The notes below the pieces were generated by a model. The model was not told the origin of the DNA. It saw only the letters and a program-made list of their open reading frames with translations, and did no database searches. Position numbers and translations under genes: made by a program. A stretch of DNA of 64,000 bases from a virus: positions 1-64,000 of the IMG/VR virus record IMGVR_UViG_3300033153_007754. One strand, 5' to 3'. Of this stretch, positions 48,007 to 57,929 are shown piece by piece. Each line of letters opens with the position of its first letter. The stretch's first letter is position 1.

Positions 48007-48091
48007 AAAACCTCCAATATTATAATTATAATATGTTTTCAGGATTTGTCAAGTTAATATTGTAGTAATCATATGAATACTTACAGGTAAG

Positions 48092-48832
48092 CTAAGTATT
48101 TATAATAGACCAATAAACTAAAAACATCATATAAAACTTAATATAATCAACATCATTTTCAAGGTTAATGTCTGATTGTAGGCTGAAACTGGGTGTTACC
48201 TGTATGTTTGCATTACTTTCGTGGTTAAGTGTGCCTGAATCGAATAATACAAGGTTTTGTGGTATATTATATGTGTTTAATATATAATAAATTAACTTTC
48301 TATAATTATCTAATCCATTTACACCATCTTCAATATCAGTATCTATATCAACTTCAGACTTATATGGTAAATTAGATATTAAAAAATCATTTAAATGTTC
48401 CACTGCTGTAAAAGCTGTTTTAATATAATCCTCTGTATAAGCATCTGTAAAAGATACTTCAGAATCATTTTGTAACTGATATAAGTAATTAAGTAATAAT
48501 CTATTTTTTTTAACTACAAAATCTCTAATAAATCTAACAGGATTATATATAAGAGTTTTAACTAAAGATTTATATTTATCAGAGTTGGAAAGATTTAAAA
48601 TTAAAGGGTTATCTATAGTATCATTATTCAACAATAAAACTAACCAGTATAATAATTCATCATCAAAATTTTGGCTGGATATATTGTCTATCCTTTCCCT
48701 TGAATTAATATTTATAAATTTCTCAATTATTTGGTTATTTTCTATATATAGTCTTTTGTTTTTAAAAACATCAGGTAGATTATAACCATCTATAGTAACA
48801 ACATCTAAAAAATCATAATAATTTAAACTCAT
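48092..48832 (-). CDS. baseplate wedge protein (T4 gp53-like)
   Basis: ERIDNIS...DELLYWLVLLLN LysM-like motif. Confidence 0.7.
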   Translation of the reverse strand: MSLNYYDFLDVVTIDGYNLPDVFKNKRLYIENNQIIEKFININSRERIDNISSQNFDDELLYWLVLLLNNDTIDNPLILNLSNSDKYKSLVKTLIYNPVRFIRDFVVKKNRLLLNYLYQLQNDSEVSFTDAYTEDYIKTAFTAVEHLNDFLISNLPYKSEVDIDTDIEDGVNGLDNYRKLIYYILNTYNIPQNLVLFDSGTLNHESNANIQVTPSFSLQSDINLENDVDYIKFYMMFLVYWSIINT

Positions 48833-48833
48833 T

Positions 48834-49844
48834 TTATCCCCTTAAATCTTTTGTTATATTGTCAAGATTACTTAATATAATTGTTTGCATCCAATTACCT
48901 TTATTATCTAATAAATGCTCAATTTTAAATATTAGATATTTACCATCATACAGGGATTCATTATTATTTACTACTTTAACTATTTCCCCAACTTTATAAT
49001 CTACATTTGCTGGTAAATTTATTTTAATTGCATTAGTATTTAAAAAAGCAAATCTTTGTATTTTTTGTTTATATAAAGGCGGTGTTTTTACTTCAATTTC
49101 ATCAATTGTTTCAATTAAATCATATGTAGTTTCAGAATTTTTAATATTATAGTTTGTAGTAATATAACCAAAAGTTCCATTTTGATATAATTCATAAAAA
49201 TCATAATTGGCAATATTAACAACATTATATTTATCTTTCTGTATATTTATAATTTCAATTTCTTTTTTTGTGAATAAATTTGATAAATCATCAATAAGAA
49301 TTTTATTTCCTGAAAGTGTTTGATATACTAATAGTGAAACTTCTTTATTAATTAAAAAATTGATGGTTAAAGAATGTGGTTTTAATGGTGTTAAAAATTC
49401 ATATGGTGTTACTTTATTTTTAATATTTCCTGTTGTGAACTTCTTAATCCTATTTTCTATTAATAAATTAGTTATGTGATTATGAGTGTAATTTGATGGC
49501 AAAAAAACACACTTGGAACGATAAGTTAAACTAAATACATCAGCATCAATTAAATGTATAATATATACTTGTCGATATATATCATTTTGCTGTGTTGCTT
49601 CTCTTATCTCTGTTTTAGTAACAACAAAATTTCTTACAACAATTGTATCATCATCAGCCTTAAAATTTATTGTTAAAATATCTCTTATATCAAGTTGCAT
49701 TTTGTGGAATTCTTTCTGTTTTGATATAATTAAATTACCACTTAACAAGTAAGAACTTAAAGATTCATGAAAGTTTCCTGAAATTAGATAAGGTGTTAAG
49801 TTAAACTTATCGTAATATATTGTTGTTATCTTTTTAGTTTTCAT
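48834..49844 (-). CDS. baseplate hub-like protein (gp27/GpD-like)
   Basis: ESL..LLSGNL.I N-terminus; GKYLIFKIEH C-terminus; tail context. Confidence 0.5.
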   Translation of the reverse strand: MKTKKITTIYYDKFNLTPYLISGNFHESLSSYLLSGNLIISKQKEFHKMQLDIRDILTINFKADDDTIVVRNFVVTKTEIREATQQNDIYRQVYIIHLIDADVFSLTYRSKCVFLPSNYTHNHITNLLIENRIKKFTTGNIKNKVTPYEFLTPLKPHSLTINFLINKEVSLLVYQTLSGNKILIDDLSNLFTKKEIEIINIQKDKYNVVNIANYDFYELYQNGTFGYITTNYNIKNSETTYDLIETIDEIEVKTPPLYKQKIQRFAFLNTNAIKINLPANVDYKVGEIVKVVNNNESLYDGKYLIFKIEHLLDNKGNWMQTIILSNLDNITKDLRG

Positions 49845-49894
49845 TAAAAACCTTATTTATTAATAAATATATTTATAATTATTTTGGTATTGAA

Positions 49895-50434
49895 ATGAAA
49901 CATAGCTACACAGTAAATGATTTTTATATAAATTTTAACTGGGAATTCTACCTTGAAGCACCATCTTTTATAACAGATAAATATTCTAATATTTTACCAC
50001 AATTAAATGACAACAGTATATATTTTAAAAATACATCATTGCCTTCTGTTTCTTCAGAATTTGTGGATTTTACATATACAGGTGATGCACAATATATTGT
50101 TAAATCTGGAATGGATGTTGATAACTTTACAATCAATGTTTTGTGTGATAGTGAGTTATTAATATTTAAAATGTTTAAAGATTGGCACAAGTTAAGATAT
50201 GCTGTTAAACCCTCAAAAACTGTTGTTGGTCTACTAAATCTACCAAGCACATATCAGGGTGTCATTATTAATTATTTAAAGGCAAATAATGAAGATAGGG
50301 ATGTTTTATTTGAGACTGAATTTATAGGAATATATCCTAGTAGTATTGGTGATTTGGTTCTTGGTACTGAAGAAGGTGAAATAGGTTCTTTTGATGTTAC
50401 TTTTAAATTTACAGATGTGAATGAATATTACTAA
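49895..50434 (+). CDS. tail tube-fold protein (gp19/gp54-like)
   Basis: SLPS, F.DW, G.YPSSIGDL.L, FDVTF.F. Confidence 0.65.
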   Translation: MKHSYTVNDFYINFNWEFYLEAPSFITDKYSNILPQLNDNSIYFKNTSLPSVSSEFVDFTYTGDAQYIVKSGMDVDNFTINVLCDSELLIFKMFKDWHKLRYAVKPSKTVVGLLNLPSTYQGVIINYLKANNEDRDVLFETEFIGIYPSSIGDLVLGTEEGEIGSFDVTFKFTDVNEYY

Positions 50435-51027
50435 TTTAAATATCTAACTGTGATATCGATTTGTTTATAATCTGCTTTGTGTTTATATACAAAGATTGGT
50501 GATATAGTTAATTCAAATTCAATTTTGTGATATACAATATCATCTTCACTCATTTCTTCCTTAAGTTGCAAAGTTTTTGTTGGCATTCCTATATGTGTTT
50601 GTACTGTTTCATTTTCATAATTAACATTAACATTATAATCAATATCGAAAGTTGTAATTAATTGCTGATATATATTCAATATAGTTCTAAAGCTTTCCGA
50701 CCAATAAGTTCCATTAAACCTTAATTTTGTTATAATAGGTGTATATTGTCTATTAACTTTCAAGTTTTTTTGGAATTTAAACTCTGGTATTGGTGATATT
50801 TCAGTTAATTTCAAACTACAAATAGGTAATATGCTGGATAATTCAAAGTTACCTTTTTTAGTTCTATTAAGGTTATATAAAATATCATTAACTGTTTTAC
50901 TTTGATTATCTAAAACAACTTCAACATTTTTATAAATACCATCTGTTTCATATTCAACTAAATTTTTCAAAATAGATTTCACAACATGCATTGCTATTTC
51001 AAAATCAGAGCTATAAGGTATCTTCAT
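50431..51027 (-). CDS. tail sheath stabiliser/terminator (T4 gp15-like)
   Basis: LP.CS.KLT.I, QL...F...YNV, F.L pattern; tail context. Confidence 0.5.
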   Translation of the reverse strand: MKIPYSSDFEIAMHVVKSILKNLVEYETDGIYKNVEVVLDNQSKTVNDILYNLNRTKKGNFELSSILPICSLKLTEISPIPEFKFQKNLKVNRQYTPIITKLRFNGTYWSESFRTILNIYQQLITTFDIDYNVNVNYENETVQTHIGMPTKTLQLKEEMSEDDIVYHKIEFELTISPIFVYKHKADYKQIDITVRYLN

Positions 51028-51641
51028 TATTTAGTTCCAACACTATTATATTCATATTCATAATATTCACCATCAGCAGGGTTTCCGGTTAAAAATTCAC
51101 CTGTCATAAATTTTCTAACAGAGAAAGTAGGACACGTTTTTTTCATCTTTTCTTTACCCAACATTTTATAAGAATCATGGTGCGCTCTTACATCATTTAT
51201 TGATAACCCGTGTTCTGCTATTAACTTTTTAATTAACTGTTTTAATGCTGTAACTTGTTGTGTAGTTGCAACATCATGTACACCATTTGGTGCATCCCAA
51301 AAATCTTTACGGTTATTTTTTAATTTCCCTTTGCCATTTCCAGAAATAGCAATACCCAATGAATATTGATTAAATCCAGATGTTTGTTGACCAGCATCCG
51401 TATCAGGTCGACCTTTTTCGATTGTACCATCTTTATGAATTAAATAATGATATCCAAAATACATCTTTTTACCATCTACACAAACGGGTCTAAATTTAAA
51501 GTCTTCACTTCTATGTAATTTATCCCAATGTGATACATCAGCATCAAAATTACTTGCATTTGGATTCATACTTTCAGCAGTACAATGAATGAAAAGATAT
51601 TTTATTTTTTTTATTAAAAATGGTGCTACATCATTAGCCAT
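51027..51641 (-). CDS. N-acetylmuramoyl-L-alanine amidase (T7-lysozyme/Amidase_2 type)
   Basis: FIHCTA, GYHYLI..DG.IE.GR, HHD..KTCP. Confidence 0.85.
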   Translation of the reverse strand: MANDVAPFLIKKIKYLFIHCTAESMNPNASNFDADVSHWDKLHRSEDFKFRPVCVDGKKMYFGYHYLIHKDGTIEKGRPDTDAGQQTSGFNQYSLGIAISGNGKGKLKNNRKDFWDAPNGVHDVATTQQVTALKQLIKKLIAEHGLSINDVRAHHDSYKMLGKEKMKKTCPTFSVRKFMTGEFLTGNPADGEYYEYEYNSVGTK

Positions 51642-51661
51642 ATTATTACCTCATTTAAAAA

Positions 51662-52048
51662 TTATTTGAAATAAACTGAATAATCATATTCTAAGTTTTT
51701 ATACTTATAAAACACTGTTATAAAATATAAATAATCTGATTTATGATATTCTACTTTTACATTTATTACTTCAACTCTATTTTCATTATTTTTAATTTGT
51801 TCTATTATATTATCTTTTAAAAATTTTACCATCCCTTTACTGTGATTATCACCAATTAGGTTACCTAAATCACTACCAAAATTTGGGTTAAATGGTGTTT
51901 CATCCCAGTTTGAAAATATAATATTATTAAGGGAATTATTTATTGAATCTATACCAGTTATTAATGAAATATCTTTTTTATCGTTGATAGTAAAATCAAT
52001 ATCAAAATCCACATATAAATTGTTAACTGCTTCATTTACTGTTGTCAT
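51662..52048 (-). CDS. baseplate wedge subunit (gp25/GPW-like)
   Basis: Y.D.D, SI.NSL.NII, E.PFNPNFGSDL, E.RV.V. Confidence 0.85.
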   Translation of the reverse strand: MTTVNEAVNNLYVDFDIDFTINDKKDISLITGIDSINNSLNNIIFSNWDETPFNPNFGSDLGNLIGDNHSKGMVKFLKDNIIEQIKNNENRVEVINVKVEYHKSDYLYFITVFYKYKNLEYDYSVYFK

Positions 52049-52078
52049 TTAAAACCCCTAGTATCTATAAACTATTTA

Positions 52079-53659
52079 TTAAAATGATTCACCCTTTGAA
52101 CCAGTTATATTATCTTGTGATGCAACAATAAAAGTTGGGTTTGATTTATTAACAACAGTTTGGTTACTTGATACTACATTATTTTGCTGTATTTCTTCAA
52201 CTTTTTTTGTTCCCTTTGATGTATCATTTTGTTTTTCAATTACTTTCTTATTATTATTCATTTTATTCATTAATGAATTTTCTTGTGTTTTAGTTTTAAA
52301 TACATCACCAAAATCTGTTTTCCCACGAACTGATATTTGTTCATCAACTTGTGTTCTATCTCTATATACATCTATAGCTTCTTCTCTTGTGTAACCTTCT
52401 TCTTCTAACTCTCTTATACCCTTTCTTTCTTTCGATTGTTCTTGTGTTATTTTAGTTAATTCTTTTAACTTTTCTTCTTCTTGTTCTGATAATTTTTTCT
52501 CAAAACCTTTTGAATAAAATGCACGCCTCATTGTTTCTTCTTTTGTTTGTTGTTTTTGTTCTGTTTTTATTTCTTTTAATTCGTTCAGATATTCATTAAA
52601 AAGTTGTTCAGTCTTTTTTCTATCATCAATATCATATATCTTTTCAGCTCTTTTATATGCTTTATCTATAAATTCTTGATATGCATAATCATTATCTTTA
52701 AACTGTTCAAAGTTTTGTGCTATATTTTTAAATTCTTTTTGGAAAACACTACCAAGTTGGATGTCTTGTTTTATCATATTTTCATCAGTAAATCTCTTAC
52801 TTATTCCAAGTTTTCCAGCAACACCAGAAGCTTCTAATTCAAATTGTGATTTCTTAGCTTTTTCTAATAATTCTTTTTGTTGTGAATCATCAAGTTCACT
52901 TTCCATTGTTAAAAACTTTTTAGCATATCTATCTTGTGTATCAATAAAATTATCATAGTTTTGGTTAATAACTTTACTTGCATTATCATAAATTTCTTTT
53001 TGTTGTGTTAAACCTAACATATTTTTTATCGATTCTGAAAGACCTGTTGTAAACATTTTTAAATACTTAATACCTTCTTTAATTTGTGGTAAAAACATCA
53101 ATGTCATTCCAACCAAAGCATCAAAAAAACCAGAATCATCAACATCTTTTTTTTCAGTTTTTTCAGGTTTACTTTCGTCCATCCGTGCATTTAAATTATC
53201 AATAAACTCTTCAGGATTAAAACTTCCCTGTTTTGCTATCATATCAGTAAAATCATCTTTCATGAAACGAGTGAAATCTTCAAACTTATCATTAGTTGTT
53301 TCTTGTTGTGCAATTAGTTTTTCTTGTGTTTCAATATCAAGCTGCCTGAAATCTGATGTATCACTTTGTAATTTAGCTCTTTCAATCAATTGTTCCTGTA
53401 ATAGTTTACCTTTTTTTAATTCTTCAAATTCTTTGTCCAACATAGTTAAACGGTTATCAATTCCCTTGCTTGTTTCCCTACCTTTTTTTGTTGCATATTT
53501 TTTAAAAAAACCTATTGCATCAGAATCTTTTTCTAGCTGTGATTTCATTTCTGTTATCACATCTAATTTTGCACCAATTTTTAAACCACCCTGTGTGTAT
53601 TCTAGTACCATGTTATTTAATTGTTTTTGTATTTCAAATAAAATATTATCTTCATTCAT
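52079..53659 (-). CDS. helical coiled-coil structural protein (possible tape-measure/gp29-like)
   Basis: E/K/Q-rich; C-terminal NNVVSSNQTVVN pattern; baseplate context. Confidence 0.4.
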   Translation of the reverse strand: MNEDNILFEIQKQLNNMVLEYTQGGLKIGAKLDVITEMKSQLEKDSDAIGFFKKYATKKGRETSKGIDNRLTMLDKEFEELKKGKLLQEQLIERAKLQSDTSDFRQLDIETQEKLIAQQETTNDKFEDFTRFMKDDFTDMIAKQGSFNPEEFIDNLNARMDESKPEKTEKKDVDDSGFFDALVGMTLMFLPQIKEGIKYLKMFTTGLSESIKNMLGLTQQKEIYDNASKVINQNYDNFIDTQDRYAKKFLTMESELDDSQQKELLEKAKKSQFELEASGVAGKLGISKRFTDENMIKQDIQLGSVFQKEFKNIAQNFEQFKDNDYAYQEFIDKAYKRAEKIYDIDDRKKTEQLFNEYLNELKEIKTEQKQQTKEETMRRAFYSKGFEKKLSEQEEEKLKELTKITQEQSKERKGIRELEEEGYTREEAIDVYRDRTQVDEQISVRGKTDFGDVFKTKTQENSLMNKMNNNKKVIEKQNDTSKGTKKVEEIQQNNVVSSNQTVVNKSNPTFIVASQDNITGSKGESF

Positions 53660-53707
53660 ATTTTTAAAATCCTAAAGTTCTATAATATATTTATTTGAGG
53701 TTTTTTA

Positions 53708-54643
53708 TTAAAATAATGGCTTAAGAGTGTTTTTTGTTCTTTTTTTTATTAGTTCTACATATTCTGAATTTAATTCAATTAATATGGCATTTTTATTTTG
53801 TTGTAATGCAGCAACACCAGTTGTACCACTTCCAGCGAATGGGTCAAGAACTACACCATTTGGTGGACAACTAGCTTGTATTATAGGGTTAATTAACTCT
53901 AATGGATAAACAGCAAAATGAGCATCTTTATATCCTTTAGTGTTTATTTTCCATACATCTCTTTTATTTCTACCTTTAGGGTTTGGTCTAAGATTTCTTT
54001 TTCTACCAAGTGATTGTCCAACACCATCATCCCATTTAGATTCAACGCCATCCATATCATTACCACCCCACCTATTTAATGGTGCGGTATATTGTTCAAG
54101 TTGTTGTTTGAAAAAATATTTTTGTTGTTTTGTAAAAAAGAATATCTTCTCAAAACTACTTGTGTATCTATCTTTCACAGGGGAAGGCATGGCGTTCGGT
54201 TTTTCCCATATAATAGTATTTCTACAAATCCAGCCAGAATCAATCATTGCTATCATAAAACGTTCAGGTATCCCAATAAGAGACTTTCTTTGAACACCCT
54301 TTACTTTGTTGTTTTTAGCAATTTCTTGACCGGTCCGCCCCTTCTTGTTTTTAGGGTCTTTATGGTTTTTTTTATTCCCAGTTCCAGCATATGTATCACC
54401 CAAATTAACATACAAAGAACCTTCAGATTTTAAAACTCTTTTTGTTTCATCAAATATTATAATCAAATTCTTTAGGTAATCTCTAAAATCAGATTCTTGA
54501 CCTATTTGTCCATTAACACCATAATCTCTTAATCCCCAATATGGTGGTGAAGTAACACAAATGTCAACCGAGTTTGTTTTCAATTCCTTCAGTTTTTGTA
54601 GTGCATCCCCATTCATTATTTCACATTTCACTTTCATAATCAA
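53708..54643 (-). CDS. DNA N4-cytosine/N6-adenine methyltransferase (beta class)
   Basis: TSPPYWGLRDY, HFAVYP, LDPFAGSGTT. Confidence 0.9.
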   Translation of the reverse strand: MIMKVKCEIMNGDALQKLKELKTNSVDICVTSPPYWGLRDYGVNGQIGQESDFRDYLKNLIIIFDETKRVLKSEGSLYVNLGDTYAGTGNKKNHKDPKNKKGRTGQEIAKNNKVKGVQRKSLIGIPERFMIAMIDSGWICRNTIIWEKPNAMPSPVKDRYTSSFEKIFFFTKQQKYFFKQQLEQYTAPLNRWGGNDMDGVESKWDDGVGQSLGRKRNLRPNPKGRNKRDVWKINTKGYKDAHFAVYPLELINPIIQASCPPNGVVLDPFAGSGTTGVAALQQNKNAILIELNSEYVELIKKRTKNTLKPLF

Positions 54644-54700
54644 TCCTTCAACGATTACCCAATAATAACATACTTTTAGAGATATGCCAACAATAAATAA

Positions 54701-55066
54701 TTATATGTTTTTTAAACGTGTGATAACATCTTGTGGTGTATGACCATCGAACGGATATTTAGCAGTTTCAAAAACAGGTATATTAAATAAATCCCAATCT
54801 TTTAATTCGTAATGATTGGTAATTTGTCCACTTGGTAATATAGCAACAACAATAAACCACCCACCATCAAAACAATCATTTCCATCAAAGTGTTTTTTAC
54901 TTTTGTGAACATCATATTTTCCTAATTTTCCCCATTCATTAAACAATGCTGCATTATATACTTTTCTAAATTCATATAGTTCATTAAAAGTATGATACCC
55001 ATCAGATAGGTTTCCAGCTTCAATTCTTTTATCATTTATTGCTTCTTGCACACATTTTATATTCAT
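54701..55066 (-). CDS. conserved phage protein (SDGYHTF..ELY / DGH motif)
   Basis: SDGYHTFNELY, KS..H.DG, GWFIV, QITNHY, FDGHT. Confidence 0.7.
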   Translation of the reverse strand: MNIKCVQEAINDKRIEAGNLSDGYHTFNELYEFRKVYNAALFNEWGKLGKYDVHKSKKHFDGNDCFDGGWFIVVAILPSGQITNHYELKDWDLFNIPVFETAKYPFDGHTPQDVITRLKNI

Positions 55067-55794
55067 TTTGCTTGTCTCTCCATATTTAAGATTTCACTTG
55101 TTTTAATTATATCAACTTCAAACAAATACATATCATTTATTTCTAACATAGAATAATTAAATTTCTTTAGAATCTGTATGTTTTGATAGTACCATTTTAA
55201 GGAAAAGTAGTGATTTATTAACAGATACAAATCCTTAAATGTCATTAATTCTAAATCTAGTTTTATTTCTTTTTTGCAATAATTACAATTTATTTTTTTA
55301 TCAAATTTCACAAACACATGGTTTTTGATTTCATTTATTTTATTGTCTATTTTATTTTGTATTTTTTTAGCATCCCCTAAACGCATATTGCTTAACACCA
55401 ACCCTTGAATATCACCATTTATATTTTTTATCTTATAATCATCAAAACCAATATCTGTATTTATTTCTGTTACATCTACATCCAAATCAAAATTATTAAT
55501 AGTCTTACATCTTTGGTTGTGACACTCTAAATTAAACTCAATATAATTTTCCATTGCATAAAAAATCAAACTATACATATAATATAATTTATCAATATCA
55601 TTTATTGCATTATTTAATAAGTCTACATCACAAAAATTGTTCGCTACAACCTGAAAATCATTAAAGGTGTTGTTTGTGTCAGGTATATACAAGAAAGCCT
55701 TGAAATCCTTAAAATTAAGCCTTTTAAAGGTGATATCCTTTTGTGATAATGGTAATTTAATTCTTTTAGTGTAAATCATATCTCCAAATAACAA
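55063..55794 (-). CDS. baseplate hub assembly protein (gp26-like)
   Basis: KLPLSQK.I.F..L..KD.K, CxxxxC; tandem with paralog. Confidence 0.55.
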   Translation of the reverse strand: MLFGDMIYTKRIKLPLSQKDITFKRLNFKDFKAFLYIPDTNNTFNDFQVVANNFCDVDLLNNAINDIDKLYYMYSLIFYAMENYIEFNLECHNQRCKTINNFDLDVDVTEINTDIGFDDYKIKNINGDIQGLVLSNMRLGDAKKIQNKIDNKINEIKNHVFVKFDKKINCNYCKKEIKLDLELMTFKDLYLLINHYFSLKWYYQNIQILKKFNYSMLEINDMYLFEVDIIKTSEILNMERQAK

Positions 55795-56462
55795 TTAAAA
55801 ATTAAACGATAACTAACTTTTGTGTTTTTTATTTCTTTTTTACAATTCATACAAGATTTATTTTTACTAAAATTAAAACCACCTATATCCATACATTTTT
55901 TTAATTTATCTCTAAGAATGTTTACAATCTGATTTCCATTACTTAATTTAATTCCTGTATTAATATATTCTTTAATGGTTTCTAATTCTTCAATTTTAGT
56001 ATTAGTATTTAAATTTTCGATGCTTGAAATCCAATTATATATATTACCAATTTTATCACCTTCAGGGGTTCTTATTTTAATAATGTCATCACCAACAACA
56101 AATGTATAAAAACTATTTTTCTTAAGCTCTGATGGTATATCATAATTAGTTAAAAAATGTGTAGAATAAACCTTATCACCACAATGTGGACATCTTTCAA
56201 AACCAAATAAATTAACACCATCATTACTGAATTTATATAAGTGAAATAATAAGTAATTCCTATCAATAAAATTCCAGTCAAATTCTTCAGGAATATTTAT
56301 TACATGTTTTTTTAAAAAATCATTTATTATTTCACTTTGTTCAATTTCATTTTTTTTAACATCATACATTTTTCTTAATTTTTTATGGTTTTCTAAAGTA
56401 ATATATTTAAGTGTTATTTCAATATTTGTAATTGGTAGTTTTATTTTTTTTAAGTTATTCAT
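55776..56462 (-). CDS. baseplate hub assembly protein (gp26-like)
   Basis: KLPIT, DRNYLL..L..S, CPHC, CMNC. Confidence 0.55.
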   Translation of the reverse strand: MNNLKKIKLPITNIEITLKYITLENHKKLRKMYDVKKNEIEQSEIINDFLKKHVINIPEEFDWNFIDRNYLLFHLYKFSNDGVNLFGFERCPHCGDKVYSTHFLTNYDIPSELKKNSFYTFVVGDDIIKIRTPEGDKIGNIYNWISSIENLNTNTKIEELETIKEYINTGIKLSNGNQIVNILRDKLKKCMDIGGFNFSKNKSCMNCKKEIKNTKVSYRLIFNCYLEI

Positions 56463-56561
56463 AATTTCCTTTATGTAATAAATATATTTATATTTATTTT
56501 TGAGGGTTTATGAGTGAAATTACAGATACCTTAAACAGGATTCAAGGAATAGTATGAAAAA

Positions 56562-57002
56562 TTAAGGGCTTATTATTCTGAATTTACCTTTAATTATTGA
56601 AACAAACTTATAACTAATATCTATCCCTTGAATCCTTAAAGCTTTACAATAATTCATTGCTGCAACCTTTTTTTCCATTATATTAATATGTTCAATTAAT
56701 TGGTTTGTTTTATTATTTGGTGGTTTTATTAGTTTATTTGCTGGTTTTATTTCCCATAGATATTTTTTACCATTTGTAAATTCCACATAAACATCAACCA
56801 AATATTTACGATTCTTTACTTTAGTACTATCAAAATATGGCAAAATAACACATTCAGAATTCCATTCAACAACAGAATCACTATTATCTAAAAATATAAA
56901 AACATCCCTTTCCCATCCTGAACGATACACAACTTTATGAGGATTTCCTTTATATTTTTTAGGATTTTGTACCTCATACCTACCTTGTTTAAATCTTCCC
57001 AT
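56562..57002 (-). CDS. head completion nuclease (T4 gp4-like)
   Basis: GRY...NP.KY.G, YRSGWE, W.SE..PY, Y.VD, EIKP. Confidence 0.9.
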   Translation of the reverse strand: MGRFKQGRYEVQNPKKYKGNPHKVVYRSGWERDVFIFLDNSDSVVEWNSECVILPYFDSTKVKNRKYLVDVYVEFTNGKKYLWEIKPANKLIKPPNNKTNQLIEHINIMEKKVAAMNYCKALRIQGIDISYKFVSIIKGKFRIISP

Positions 57003-57111
57003 TTTATATCCCTAATTTTAATATATTTATGTTTTTTTACTATTATCCTTGACAAATTCAATTTATTTTATCATTATATATATAACTTGGTTATTTTTTT
57101 TAGGGGGCTAC

Positions 57112-57195
57112 ATGGATATATTAAAATCTTTAATGTTTGTTGGTACGATGTTCATATTAAAATTTTTAATAATCTATATAGTTGTTTTCGGATAA
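57112..57195 (+). CDS. 27-aa hydrophobic peptide (not in ORF track)
   Basis: MDILKSLMFVGTMFILKFLIIYIVVFG; AGGGGG SD; TTGACA about 60 nt upstream. Confidence 0.45.
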   Translation: MDILKSLMFVGTMFILKFLIIYIVVFG

Positions 57196-57284
57196 CATCT
57201 AAAAAAATAAACCCTTTACAAAATAAAAATATATATATATAATTAATCACGTAATAATGTTGTTGCGTAATTTAAAAAAGGATT

Positions 57285-57929
57285 ATGATGAAAGTAGAAT
57301 TATTAGAATACACACCGCTTTTATTGATAGCCAATGCTATAAGGTATTCAAGAAAAACACATTCCAGAAGTGACACAAAAAATAAAACCTATATCGGAAA
57401 AAAAGACTTAGAATTAATTAGAAAAGTTGCTTTTGGTAGAAACCATAGTAGTGTTCTTGAACACTCTTTATTGACATTTGATGTAGAATGTTCCGCAAAA
57501 TGTTTATTAGAGCTGTCAAGGCATAGAATAGGTGTTTCAATGACGGTTCAATCAAGTAGGTATACACTTAGAAAAGATTTAATTGAGTTTGAAAAGACTG
57601 GTGTCCATGAAATTGATGAAACAATGAGTAATTATATTAATAAAATACTTGAATTATTAGAAGATAAAAAAAATACAATGGATGACATATCTATGATGTT
57701 ACCAGCTTCTTATATTTATAAAATGCAACTTACTTTTAACCTTAGGAGTTTAGTTAATTTTTTAATATTAAGATTGGATAAATCAGCACATAAAAACATT
57801 AGGGATTTAAGTTTTGAGCTGATGGAACAATTGCCAGAAGATTATAAGAATTTATTAAAGAATCATAAAAAAATAAATGAACTTTATGGTTTTAACGAGG
57901 TTTATGGAGTTAAACATGAAAAAAATTAA
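57285..57929 (+). CDS. thyX: flavin-dependent thymidylate synthase
   Basis: HSSVLEH, ELSRHR, QSSRY, N.RSL.NF..LR. Confidence 0.9.
   Translation: MMKVELLEYTPLLLIANAIRYSRKTHSRSDTKNKTYIGKKDLELIRKVAFGRNHSSVLEHSLLTFDVECSAKCLLELSRHRIGVSMTVQSSRYTLRKDLIEFEKTGVHEIDETMSNYINKILELLEDKKNTMDDISMMLPASYIYKMQLTFNLRSLVNFLILRLDKSAHKNIRDLSFELMEQLPEDYKNLLKNHKKINELYGFNEVYGVKHEKN

Larger units (their letters stand above)
46242..48060 (-). mobile_element. non-autonomous IS607-family element (tnpA remnant + tnpB); ends approximate
   Basis: tnpA HTH start and tnpA-like C-terminus joined out of frame; ATGA-coupled tnpB; 3' hairpin 46265-46297. Confidence 0.7.

Noticed and set aside
56510-56557. 15-codon ORF MSEITDTLNRIQGIV behind a late promoter and GAGG
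   Set aside because: Too short to support; possibly a remnant of a deleted gene
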